Shown: positions 49,228 through 58,504 of the stretch, in pieces
Numbering within the stretch: position 1 is the first letter of the stretch
Layout of the letters: the number at the start of each line of letters is the position of its first letter
NCBI GenBank assembly: GCA_963735595.1
Contig: CAVTLK010000005.1
Coordinates: 224,001-288,000 of the forward strand
DNA length: 64,000 bases
Reading direction: 5' to 3'
Source: an uncultured delta proteobacterium
Lineage (GTDB): Bacteria; Desulfobacterota; Zymogenia; Zymogenales; Zymogenaceae
Position numbers and translations under genes: made by a program
The notes under the pieces: model-generated
What the model saw: only the letters and a program-made list of their open reading frames with translations
The model's database searches: none
Told to the model about the DNA's origin: nothing

Positions 49228-51264
49228 ATGAAAGCCAAGTACCTCGTTTTGCCGTTGCTGGCGCTCCTTTCGCTTACCCTGGTCGCCGGCGGGCAACAAG
49301 ACAAGACGCTGACCATCATCCACACCAACGATATGCACTCCCAGTTACTGGGGCTCTATCCCAACAAAGACTATACGCCCATGACCACCGGTGACGACAA
49401 GACGGTCGGCGGCTGGGCGAGGATAGCTACGGAAATCAAGAAGCAGCGGGATGCCCGGTCAAACCCCGTCCTGGTGCTGGACGCCGGGGATTTCCTGATG
49501 GGCTCCCTCTTTCACATGATCTGCCGCGAGGAGGCCGCGGAGCTGTGCCTCATGAAGGACATGGGTTATGACATCGTTGCGCTGGGCAACCATGAGTTTG
49601 ACCTCAAGCCCGCGGGCCTTGCCCGCATCCTGGAATCCGCGGAGCGAAAGGGAAAGCTCCCGACGGTCGTGGCCTCAAACCTCGTCTTTTCCGATGAATC
49701 GGCCGATGACGACGCTCTGAAGGCCGATTTCGACCGGGGGCTGGTGAAACCCTACGTCGTGAGGGACGTGGATGGGATAAAGATCGGGTTCTTCGGGCTG
49801 ATGGGCTATGATTCCTCCGAGGTGGCGCCCTTCGCCGACCCGGTGAGCTTCGCAGATTACAAGGAAACGGCCCGGGAGATGGTAAAGGTGCTGCGCGAGA
49901 CCGAGAAGGTCGACCTCGTCATCTGCCTGTCTCACGCGGGACTGAGGGACAACAAGGATAAGTCCGAGGACGAGATCATGGCCAGGGAGGTCCCCGGCAT
50001 CGACATTATCATTTCCGGGCACACGCACACGAAGCTCCCCGAGCCGATCGTTATCGACAAGACCATCATCGTCCAGGCATGGGAAAATGGCAAGGTCATC
50101 GGCGTGCTGGACGTCTCGGTGGGGGCCGGCGGTGCCACGGTGGCCAAGTACGAGTATATCCCCATTGACGACGCGATACCGGGCGACCCGGCGATCAACA
50201 GCGCCATCGAAGGCTACGAGGCCATCGTCGACAGGGACGTGCTGGCGCCCCACGGCCTCTCGTTTTTCAAGACCATAGCCGAGACCGATTTCGACATGCG
50301 CCTGAAGGAAGAGGAAGTAGGGCTGGGCAACATGGAGGCCGACTCGCTCCGCTGGGCGGTGGACAATGCCGAGTATGACCCGGCCGATCCGATAACAAAG
50401 ACCCGCGTATCCATCCAGTCCAACGGGATGATCAGGAACGACATCCTCGTCGGCGAGACCGGGCAGGTCATCCTGGCCGACCTTGTCAATATCGTCCCCC
50501 TCGGTATCGGCGTCGATGGCACGATGGCCTATCCGCTCATCACGTTTTACCTCTACGGGTCGGAGATCAAGAAGGCGATGGAGGTGCCCACGTCCATCTA
50601 TCCCCTCAAGGGGAGCGACTACTACCTCCAGGTTTCGGGCCTCAAGGTCACCTACAATCCCCACCGGATGATCTTTGACCGCGTGACCGAGATCCTCATC
50701 GAGGACGCGGACGGAAACTACGTCCCGCTGGATTGGTCCGAGGACAATAAGACGCTCTACAAGATCACGAGCAACTACTATAACTCCATGTTCATCAAAG
50801 TCGTCGGGAGCTTCACGAACAATATCCTGACGATGGTGCCCAAGGATAAGGACGGCAATACGATCGAGGACATGACCGCGTTCAGGGTCGACGCGGACCC
50901 GAACACGGCGGGCGTTCAGGAGATGAAGGAATGGACGACGCTGGCCGATTACGCGGCCTCCTTCGAGGATACCGACGGCGACGGCGTCCCCAACATCCCG
51001 GAGCGGTACCGCGAGCCGGAGGGCAGGTTCGTCAAGGCCCCGAGCTGGAACCCCGTCAAGCTCCTGGCGCACGGCAGTTACCTGACCTGGATCGGGCTTG
51101 GCGCGCTGATACTCGTCCTCTTGATCGTGGCGCTGATTATCTACATCCTGGTCAGGGTCTTCAGGAAGAAGGGTAAGAAGGGAAAGAAGGGCGTGACGAA
51201 GGCGAAGGCCCCGGTGAAGGCCAAGGCCCCCGCGAAGGGCAAGACCAAAAAAACGCGTAAATAG
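49228..51264 (+). CDS. Membrane-anchored bifunctional metallophosphatase/5'-nucleotidase
   Basis: HTNDMH, LDAGD, LGNHEFD, LSHAG, SGHTH, YLQVSG; signal peptide, C-terminal TM and Lys-rich tail. Confidence 0.92.
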   Translation: MKAKYLVLPLLALLSLTLVAGGQQDKTLTIIHTNDMHSQLLGLYPNKDYTPMTTGDDKTVGGWARIATEIKKQRDARSNPVLVLDAGDFLMGSLFHMICREEAAELCLMKDMGYDIVALGNHEFDLKPAGLARILESAERKGKLPTVVASNLVFSDESADDDALKADFDRGLVKPYVVRDVDGIKIGFFGLMGYDSSEVAPFADPVSFADYKETAREMVKVLRETEKVDLVICLSHAGLRDNKDKSEDEIMAREVPGIDIIISGHTHTKLPEPIVIDKTIIVQAWENGKVIGVLDVSVGAGGATVAKYEYIPIDDAIPGDPAINSAIEGYEAIVDRDVLAPHGLSFFKTIAETDFDMRLKEEEVGLGNMEADSLRWAVDNAEYDPADPITKTRVSIQSNGMIRNDILVGETGQVILADLVNIVPLGIGVDGTMAYPLITFYLYGSEIKKAMEVPTSIYPLKGSDYYLQVSGLKVTYNPHRMIFDRVTEILIEDADGNYVPLDWSEDNKTLYKITSNYYNSMFIKVVGSFTNNILTMVPKDKDGNTIEDMTAFRVDADPNTAGVQEMKEWTTLADYAASFEDTDGDGVPNIPERYREPEGRFVKAPSWNPVKLLAHGSYLTWIGLGALILVLLIVALIIYILVRVFRKKGKKGKKGVTKAKAPVKAKAPAKGKTKKTRK

Positions 51265-51289
51265 ACGATACGCTTCGGCCGATATTCAT

Positions 51290-51326
51290 AACGGGCGGAC
51301 TCCGTAGGGGGTTCGCCCGTTTTTTT
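51290..51326 (+). terminator. Rho-independent terminator after the nucleotidase gene
   Basis: aacgggcggactcc-gtag-ggggttcgcccgtt followed by a T-run. Confidence 0.8.
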
Positions 51327-51371
51327 CGTGCTCCATCTCGCGATCACCATCGGGGGTAATCGCCCGGTATC

Positions 51372-52890
51372 CTATCGGTGCCGCTCGAACAGCTGGCCGA
51401 TCGAGTTCGCGTAATAGGTCAACACCTCGCGGCGCTTCGGGTTGATGACGATGGCGTCCTTTTTCTTCCGGGCGATCTTTCTCAGGCTCAGCACCTCCAT
51501 CGCCAGGTCGATAGTCTTTTGCATTTCCTCCATGTCGATGACCCCGCGCTCGAACGACAGGAGCTCGCCGGTGCGGTCGTCCGCCTCGAAGGCCAGCCGC
51601 CGCTGTTCCATCATCAGGTCGACGAACTCCTTGCCCCGGACGATCCGGGCGCTATTGAGGACGAGCGCCTTTTTCATCTCGGTCATCAGCTCGACCAGGT
51701 CGGCCTGGGGGATAACCTCGCGCCCGTCGGCAAGGAGCGCATAGGCCACGAACGTAACCGGGGTAACCGGTACGACCCGGCCGACTCCCTCCAGCACGTG
51801 CTGGGAAAACCGCTTTACCTCCTGCTTGTACTCGTCGGCATCGAGCGAAAAGATATCCCGGTCGAGCCGGGCGACGTAGTCCCGCAGCGAGACGTGCTCG
51901 CCCACGGCCACCGAGGTGTAGCCGTATTTGCGGACTCCCCTAAAGATATAGTAGAAGCCGTTTCTGACGATCACCCGCGGGACGGTGACGATCACCGAGA
52001 GCCCGGAGAGGATCCTTCCCAACCCCCGTTTCTCGGGCGGGGCGCCGTGGGCCTCCCCGACGAGGCTGAGGTCCTCCAGCACGCGGTCGTAGTTGATCCC
52101 CACGGGGACGAAGACGAGATCTCTTTGTGAACCCGGGGTCCTGGATCGTCCGGATGATGTAGTCCAGCAGCCCGATCTTAGGCGGCCCCAGGCTCCCGTC
52201 CCGCGACAGCCCCCCCTCGATGAAGATACCCTGGGTGATGCCGTTCTTGCTGATGAGCTGGATGTATTTTTCGAGCACCGTGTGGTAGAGGGGTTCGCGG
52301 TATTTTCGGCGGATGAAGTATGAGCCGAAGCTCTTGAAGATATATTCGAGGGGCCAGACCCGCGCCCATTCCCCCACGGCGTATGAGAGGGATATCCGCT
52401 CGGCCAGCATGTAGGCCACCAGTATGTAGTCGACGTTGCTGCGGTGGTTCATGATGTAGATAACGACGCTGTCCCTGGGTATTTTCTTGAGCGCCTCGAA
52501 GTTCTTCTTATCTATCACGACGTTATAGACGAGGTTGAGCAGGAAATGGGCCAGCCGGTAGCCGAAGGCGTAGTAGGACAGGATGTTGAAGTGGGGGACG
52601 ATCTCGTCGATATATCCCTCGACCCGCTCCAGGGTCCGCTCCGGGGAGGTCCGATGCTCTCTCTCGTGTGCCTCCATGGCCTGCCAGACGGCGGGCTCCT
52701 TCATGAGCTGGTACTTGATATATTTCTTCTGGGTCAGCTTGAAGCGCTCGACGCGGGCGCGGAACCGGTGGATGGCGGCGCGGCTGTATTTCCTGAACTT
52801 CCGCTCGAGGTACCGGCGGATCGGCTTTCTGAAGGCGAATAACAGGATGAGCAGGGCGAGGAGGACGATAAGTGCGCCGTTGAGCCGCAT
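51372..52890 (-). CDS. Glycerol-3-phosphate/lysophospholipid acyltransferase (PlsB-like); frameshift near 52120
   Basis: NHRSNVD (HxxxxD), FIRR, FIEGGLSRDG; continues ...VPVGINYDRVLED in the adjacent frame. Confidence 0.85.
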
Positions 52891-53006
52891 AGGACCCCCC
52901 GAAAAGGATACGGGGCATATGATACCAGATTCCGGGCAAAAAAAGATAGATTTTATTCGGGGAGGTTAAGAACCGCGGGAAGACCGTGGCCCTCCCGCGG
53001 ATAGGG

Positions 53007-53456
53007 TTAGACGGTCGGCACCTCCGCCTTGCATTTGCGGCACCGCTTGGACCCCCGGAAGAGGGAGCTGCCGCACGCCGCGCAGGTGTATCGCTTCTCC
53101 TGGGACTCGACCCATTTCTCGGTCCCGAGCTCCTTCCACCGGGGGATCTCGGCGAGGATCACCGCCTTTCCCGCCGGGAACGGGAAGTTCTCGACGTGGG
53201 AACAGGGGAAGTCGCTGCACTGGAAACAGCCTTCGTACCCCTTTTCGGTCGCGCAGGTCTTGATGGAGCACGTCCGGCAATAGAGGAACGGGTTTTCGGA
53301 GAGACACCCCTCGCACCGGAGGTCCTCCACCTTGACGCCGTAACCCGCCGCGACCTTCTCCTTGAAGGCCGCGTCATCCGAGAGATACGCGCCCCGGATG
53401 GCGCAGGCGCCGCAGTACAGGCCGCAGGGGGCCACGAGCTCACGCTGGACTGCCAT
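53007..53456 (-). CDS. DUF3795 Cys-rich protein
   Basis: APCGLYCGAC, CEGC, CSIKTC, CFQCSDFPC, C-terminal zinc ribbon. Confidence 0.85.
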   Translation of the reverse strand: MAVQRELVAPCGLYCGACAIRGAYLSDDAAFKEKVAAGYGVKVEDLRCEGCLSENPFLYCRTCSIKTCATEKGYEGCFQCSDFPCSHVENFPFPAGKAVILAEIPRWKELGTEKWVESQEKRYTCAACGSSLFRGSKRCRKCKAEVPTV

Positions 53457-53589
53457 ATTCCTTCTCCATTAATGGTTCGTATGTACGTTAGCCGTATATT
53501 CGGCGGCACTCCCGCCCCGCGGCGGCAAGACCCGGCCGCATATACTATAAGACGAAAAGAACGCCGGTCTTATTGCGCACCGTTTTACG

Positions 53590-54195
53590 CTATCGTCCGC
53601 CTTCAAAGAAACCGGCAACGATCCCGGCCAGCCGCATCGTGTGGGCCCTGATCTCTTCGAGGCTCCTGCCGGGATATTTCGCGTAGCTGATCATGATCCC
53701 GTTGAGGGCCGAAAACAGGGTATGGGAGGTCATCCGGGTGTCGCCGGGGACGCGTGCGTCCCGTATCACGTCTTCGATCAGGTCGATGAGGCGCCGCATG
53801 ACCGGGTTGAGGCGGCCGATGGCCGCCTCCGAAAGCCTGCCGCCGATCATGAAATGGCTCATCATCTGGTAGTAGGTCATGTTGTCGTTCAGAAAGCCGA
53901 TGTAGATCTCGCAGAGGCGCCTGACCGAGCACCCTCCCGGAGCGGTAGACTCGGCCTGAACAAGGGTGGAAATCTCGTCGGCCCCGACGAAGAAGACGTC
54001 CAGAAACAGGTCGTCCATGCTCTCGTAGTAGCGATAGATCGTGCCGGGGCTGACGCCGGCCTCCCGGGCGATTTCCCGGGCGGTGACGCTGGCAAAATCA
54101 CGCTGGGCGAAGAGCTTCTGGGCGCACTCCCGTATCAGGGCGCGCCGCGCCTCCCGCTGGCTGTCTTTCAGGTCGTTGAACGTGACGACGGACAT
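53590..54195 (-). CDS. TetR/AcrR family regulator
   Basis: LFAQRDF..VTAREIAREAGVSPGTIYRYY HTH. Confidence 0.93.
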   Translation of the reverse strand: MSVVTFNDLKDSQREARRALIRECAQKLFAQRDFASVTAREIAREAGVSPGTIYRYYESMDDLFLDVFFVGADEISTLVQAESTAPGGCSVRRLCEIYIGFLNDNMTYYQMMSHFMIGGRLSEAAIGRLNPVMRRLIDLIEDVIRDARVPGDTRMTSHTLFSALNGIMISYAKYPGRSLEEIRAHTMRLAGIVAGFFEGGR

Positions 54196-54286
54196 GGTGT
54201 TTCCTTTATTTAGTCTGACCGGGCCGGCCGCCGGCCGGCCCTTCTCTTGGTATGCTTCCCGTTGGACTTTCTACTAAGCGAAGCGA

Positions 54287-55564
54287 TCAGTCCGCGACCT
54301 TGTTGTGCACCTGCCACATGTCGTCGTCGGTAAAGCAGCGCTCGCTCTCGTCCGGGTTCATGGCGTCCCGCTCCATCTCCCGCCGGTTGTAGGGCTGGAC
54401 GAGGACCTCGTCGTAGTATTCGTGCTGGATGAGGAGGTTCATGATCTCGCTGGTGCCGGTCCAGATCAGGGCAAGCCGCATGTCGCGCAGCGCCCGCTCG
54501 ATGGGGTAGACGTCGGTATAGCCGATGCCGCCCATGATCTGCATGGCGTTGTTGACGACGTCCCATGACGCCTTCGTGGCGAACTTCTTGGCCTCGCTGA
54601 CGATCCGGCGGACATTGGGATAATTATCGTCCACGGCCCGCGCCGCCATGTAGGTGAGGCCGCGGGCGGCGTCCAGCTGGGTGATGGAATCGGCCACCAT
54701 GAAGTTGACCGCCTGGAACTTGCGGATCAGTTTTCCGAAGGCCGCGCGCTTGTTGGAGTACCTGACCGCTACGTCCAGCGCGCCCCACGCGCCCAGGCAG
54801 CCGGCGGCCGAGGTGAGGCGCTCGGGGATCATCATCTGGTTGAAGCAGATCGCGCCGCCGTGCAGCTCTCCCAGGAGATTCTCCCTGGGGACCTTGACGT
54901 CCCTGAAGACGAGCCTTCCCGTGCCGCCGCCCTTGCAGCCCAGCAGCCCGTAGTGGTACTCGGTCTCGACGCCGGGCCCTTTTTCGACGATCAACAGGCT
55001 GATCCTGCCGTACTTGTGGGCATTCTGGTCAAAATTGGTCTTGCAGTAGACCACGAAGAAATCCGCGCCGTCGGCGCCGACGACAAACCGCTTCTGACCG
55101 TTGAGGACGAAGTGGTCGCCTTTAAGCTCCGCCTTGGTGGTGGCCCCGAAGAAGTCCGACCCGCCCCTCGGCTCGGTGAGGGCCTCGGCGGCAACGAGCT
55201 TGCCCGCGAGGTAGGGCTTGAGGTATTTTTCCTTCTGGGCGTCGGTGCCGAACTTATTGAGGGCCTCGCCCACGATGGAGGGCATGACAAAGGCGCACCC
55301 GAGCGCCATGCCGAGGCAGCCGATCTCCTCGGTGGCCGCCACGTCCGCCACCCAGCTCATCCCCCGGCCGCCCCACTTCTTGGGGAAACGGATGCCGCGC
55401 AGGTTATACTTGGCCAGTTTTTCCACGAACTCGCGGGGATAGACGATCTCGTCGTTGTCCATCGCCCGCAAGAAATCGGGGGTTACCTCGTCCCGGACGA
55501 ACTGGCGCACTTCGTCCCGGAGCGCCCGCTCCTCGGGCGTCAGCAAAAAGTCGTACATCGGCAT
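54287..55564 (-). CDS. Acyl-CoA dehydrogenase
   Basis: ALTEPRGGSD, LNGQKRF, RAAFGKLI, QIMGGIGY, IWTGTSEIM. Confidence 0.95.
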   Translation of the reverse strand: MPMYDFLLTPEERALRDEVRQFVRDEVTPDFLRAMDNDEIVYPREFVEKLAKYNLRGIRFPKKWGGRGMSWVADVAATEEIGCLGMALGCAFVMPSIVGEALNKFGTDAQKEKYLKPYLAGKLVAAEALTEPRGGSDFFGATTKAELKGDHFVLNGQKRFVVGADGADFFVVYCKTNFDQNAHKYGRISLLIVEKGPGVETEYHYGLLGCKGGGTGRLVFRDVKVPRENLLGELHGGAICFNQMMIPERLTSAAGCLGAWGALDVAVRYSNKRAAFGKLIRKFQAVNFMVADSITQLDAARGLTYMAARAVDDNYPNVRRIVSEAKKFATKASWDVVNNAMQIMGGIGYTDVYPIERALRDMRLALIWTGTSEIMNLLIQHEYYDEVLVQPYNRREMERDAMNPDESERCFTDDDMWQVHNKVAD

Positions 55565-55590
55565 GGTATCTCCTCCAGCAACAGGGTAGT

Positions 55591-55632
55591 ATGAACAGCG
55601 TTTACGCTACTAAACGCAGTTCATTTTGTCAA
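55591..55632 (-). promoter_or_regulatory. Palindromic operator overlapping a sigma70 promoter
   Basis: atgaacagcgttta-cgctac-taaacgcagttcat (14-bp arms, 1 mismatch); TTGACA(55632-55627)-N17-TAGCGT on the minus strand. Confidence 0.7.
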
Positions 55633-55728
55633 GGGAAATAAGCCCGGCAGGCGCGCATTTTTACTTGACATTATAAACAAACTATATATATCTATAGTAT
55701 ATATATAGTATAAACATAGGAGGGCACC

Positions 55729-56455
55729 GTGGAAGACAGGCTCATTGAGAGCAAGGCGTACCGGGTCATCCTCTTAGGCGTCATCGAGATCATCGGGAAC
55801 AACGGTTTGAAATCGATCCTCAACTACTCCAGCCTCACAAAATACGCCGATATGATCCCCGCGGGTGACAACGGTAAGGCTGAGCCGAAAATATCCGAGG
55901 TAGCAAGGCTCAGCGGGGGCATCGAAGAAATTTATGGGAAGAACGGCGCGCGGGCGATACTCTTTCAGGTGGGCAGGATGCAGGCCAAATGGGGGCTGGA
56001 CGAGAATCCCGGATATCGCCAGCTGCGGCGAAGGCCGCGATGTCCGAGATGAGCGAGAGCGACCGGGCGAAGGTCATCCTCAACTATACGGCCGATACGA
56101 TAACCAAGCAGCTCAACACCAGGACCGTGGATCGAGCAGGAGGGGGACGTCTTCTTCTATAAGGACGAGGCGGCGACCCACTGCTTCAATCGAAAGAGCG
56201 AAACCCCCGTCTGCCACACGACAGCCGGTTTCTAGGCGGGCTGGTTGCATGGGCGGTCGGCAATAACGGGTGGAAGGTCGAGGAGACGGAGTGCATGGCG
56301 ATGGGGATGCCCTCTGTACGTACCGGATCAGCAAGATGGACGGGGGAAAACGGCGGGGTTCGTCGAGACAGGGAAGTCGTCGAATTCGCCGTTTTGTTTC
56401 TTCTATTCACCACAAAGACACGAAGACACAAAGAAAGAAAAGAGAAGACCTTTAG
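55729..56455 (+). CDS. Stand-alone V4R (4-vinyl reductase) domain protein; several frameshifts, 3' end uncertain
   Basis: IIGNNGLKSILN, YGKNGARAILFQVG, HC..R.SETPVCH..GF, VEETECMAMG..C.YRI recovered across frames. Confidence 0.75.
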
Positions 56456-56496
56456 TCCTTTCATTGTTCTTCGTGTCTTTGTGCCTTTGTGGTGAA
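56406..56496. repeat. Palindromic element, family A, complete (28-30-bp arms with 9-nt periodicity, 31-bp loop)
   Basis: ttcaccacaaagacacgaagacacaaagaa ... ttcttcgtgtctttgtgcctttgtggtgaa. Confidence 0.9.
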
Positions 56497-56571
56497 CGCT
56501 CTTAGAATACGCTTCGAGTGGTACCGATAAAATTAGCCATAACGAAACAGTCAGGAAAACCGCTTTACTCC

Positions 56572-56599
56572 CGTAGGGGCCGCATTCATGCGGCCCGTC
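56572..56599. repeat. REP-like hairpin, family D
   Basis: cgtag-gggccgcat-tc-atgcggccc-gtc: GTAG followed by a perfect stem. Confidence 0.7.
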
Positions 56600-56605
56600 T
56601 TCTTT

Positions 56606-56760
56606 CCGTCATTGCGAGGGAGTGAAAGCAGCTTGCTTCCCGCCACGTCGCTTTCGCTCCTCGCGGCTTCGGCAGGACGCTCGCAACAAGCTCCTCAATC
56701 CTCTGTTATACGGTGACAGTCAGGGATTGCCACGCCCCCTTCGGGGGCTCGCAATGACGG
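56606..56760. repeat. Family C element with an internal insertion
   Basis: ccgtcattgcgag ... gttatacggtgacagtcagggattgccacgcccccttcgggggctcgcaatgacgg; about 65 extra bp (56625-56690) interrupt the left arm. Confidence 0.8.
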
Positions 56761-56800
56761 TAGGTAGCGGTGGCCGGGGGATTACCTCCTTCGCTCTCCG

Positions 56801-58253
56801 TTACGACGTAACGCCCTTTTTCCACCGCGCGTAGCGCGCCATCGTGGCAAGCGCAAAGGCCGCGCGCTCCGGCGTCGGGTAGACCGGGATGCCCAGCTCC
56901 ATCATCCGCGCAACCGGCGCGTCTTCTATCCCGGTGAACGACGAGGAGAGCACCGGGACGCCCGCCTTCCTGAGGATGTCGTTGAATCCCTCGGCGTTGC
57001 TGCATATGTAGCTGTCATACCCGGCTACCATCGCGTCGTCCATACCCTGCACCATCGAGCCGAATTTCTTCTTGCCGTGGGTGGCGCCGAAGACGCCGTA
57101 GAAGAGCACCGCGTCGATCTCACCGCTGTCAATGATTATCCGGGGCACGTCGATAAAGAAGCGCTTGATGTCGAAATCCATCGTCAGGTCCAGCGGGTTT
57201 CTCACCTGCGCGGTGGGGATGACGATCGCCCTCAAGCTGTTTCTGGAGGGCCTCGGAGAATTCCGGCACGGCAAGCCCCAGGCGCGCGGCCGCGTCGGCC
57301 ATCGACGTCCCGGGCCCGCCGGAGTTGGTGATGACGGCCACACGGTTGCCCCGCGGCAGCGGCTGGGTGGCAAAGGCGTGGGCCGTATCGTAGAGCTGCT
57401 CCACGGTATCCACGCGGATCACGCCGCTCTGGGCAAAGACGCCGTTGATGATCGCGTCGGGCGTCGCGATTGCCCCGGTGTGGGAGCGGCCCGCCCGGGA
57501 GCCCGCCTCCGTCCCCCCCACGTAGAGCGCCACGACCGGCTTTTTCGCGGTCGTTTTACTCACAATCTCGATAAATTTCGGACCGTCCGATATCCCCTCC
57601 ACGTAGGCCGCCACCGACCTAGTTGTCGGGTCATCGCCAAAATAGCCGATGCAGTCCGCGATATCGATATCGGCCTGGTTCCCGACGGATACGGCCGAAG
57701 ACAGGTTCATCCCGAGCCTCTTGAAATAGGGCAGCGGCTGGGTGATGTAGCTGCCGCTCTGGGAGACCAGCGCCATCCCCCCGGCGGCGCCTTCGTAGAG
57801 GAACATGGAGATGTCAAGCTTCGCGTGGCTGTTGATGACGCCGATGCAGTTGGGCCCGATGAAGCGAACACCGTTCTTCTTCGCCTCGGCCAGCAGCTCT
57901 TTTTCAAGGGCGGCGCCCTCGGCCCCCATCTCCCGGTACCCGGCGGTTATCACGACCGCCTGCCGGATGCCCTTTTGCCCGCACTGGGCGAGGATGCCGG
58001 GGACGAGCCTGGACTGCACCACGATGACGGCAAGGTCGATCTCGCCGGGGACGTCCGTCAGGGCCGGGTAGGCGGCGAGTCCCAGGGCCGTCTTCTCCCT
58101 CGGGTGGATCGGGTAGATCGGTCCGGGGAAACCCGCCGAAATGACCGAGGCCATGAGGTTGGTAGCGGGACTGGTGAAGCTGTTTGACGCGCCGACAACG
58201 GCGATCGAGCGGGGATTGAGTATCCGGGAAAGCGCGTGGCTGGTGTCGTTCAT
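56801..58253 (-). CDS. NDP-forming acyl-CoA synthetase alpha-type (CoA-binding) subunit; frameshift near 57235
   Basis: PRSIAVVGAS, GPNCIG, SQSG, SVGNQAD, SHTGA (phospho-His), TNSGGPG, NPLDLT, PTPERA. Confidence 0.88.
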
Positions 58254-58290
58254 GAGATTCCCTTATGTGTGTGATGGCGAGGTTGAGCCG

Positions 58291-58319
58291 ATTATATGAT
58301 TGACCAGTCAATCTGTCAA
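58291..58319 (-). promoter_or_regulatory. Perfect sigma70 promoter with a palindromic operator in the spacer
   Basis: TTGACA(58319-58314)-N17-TATAAT(58296-58291); spacer holds GATTGAC-ca-GTCAATC (58298-58313). Confidence 0.8.
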
Positions 58320-58421
58320 CTGTTAGTCGGGGGATTCCCGTCCGGACAGTATAATTATTTCCGCTTTTACGACGTACAGCGGTGCGGCCCATCGGCGGGG
58401 TAGCGACAAGCGTCATTACAA

Positions 58422-58450
58422 TTGACACCGCCCTCGAAATGCCGTATCCT
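58422..58450 (+). promoter_or_regulatory. Sigma70 promoter of the AMP-ligase gene
   Basis: TTGACA-N17-TATCCT. Confidence 0.55.
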
Positions 58451-58504
58451 TTTTTCGAGGATGTTACGCGATTATGACTATATATAATACATCAGGGGGG
58501 AGTC

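Noticed and set aside
56225..56245. In-frame TAG in the V4R gene as pyrrolysine or read-through
   Set aside because: Adding one T to the T-run restores GFLGGLVAWA; reading through the TAG gives a non-homologous frame.
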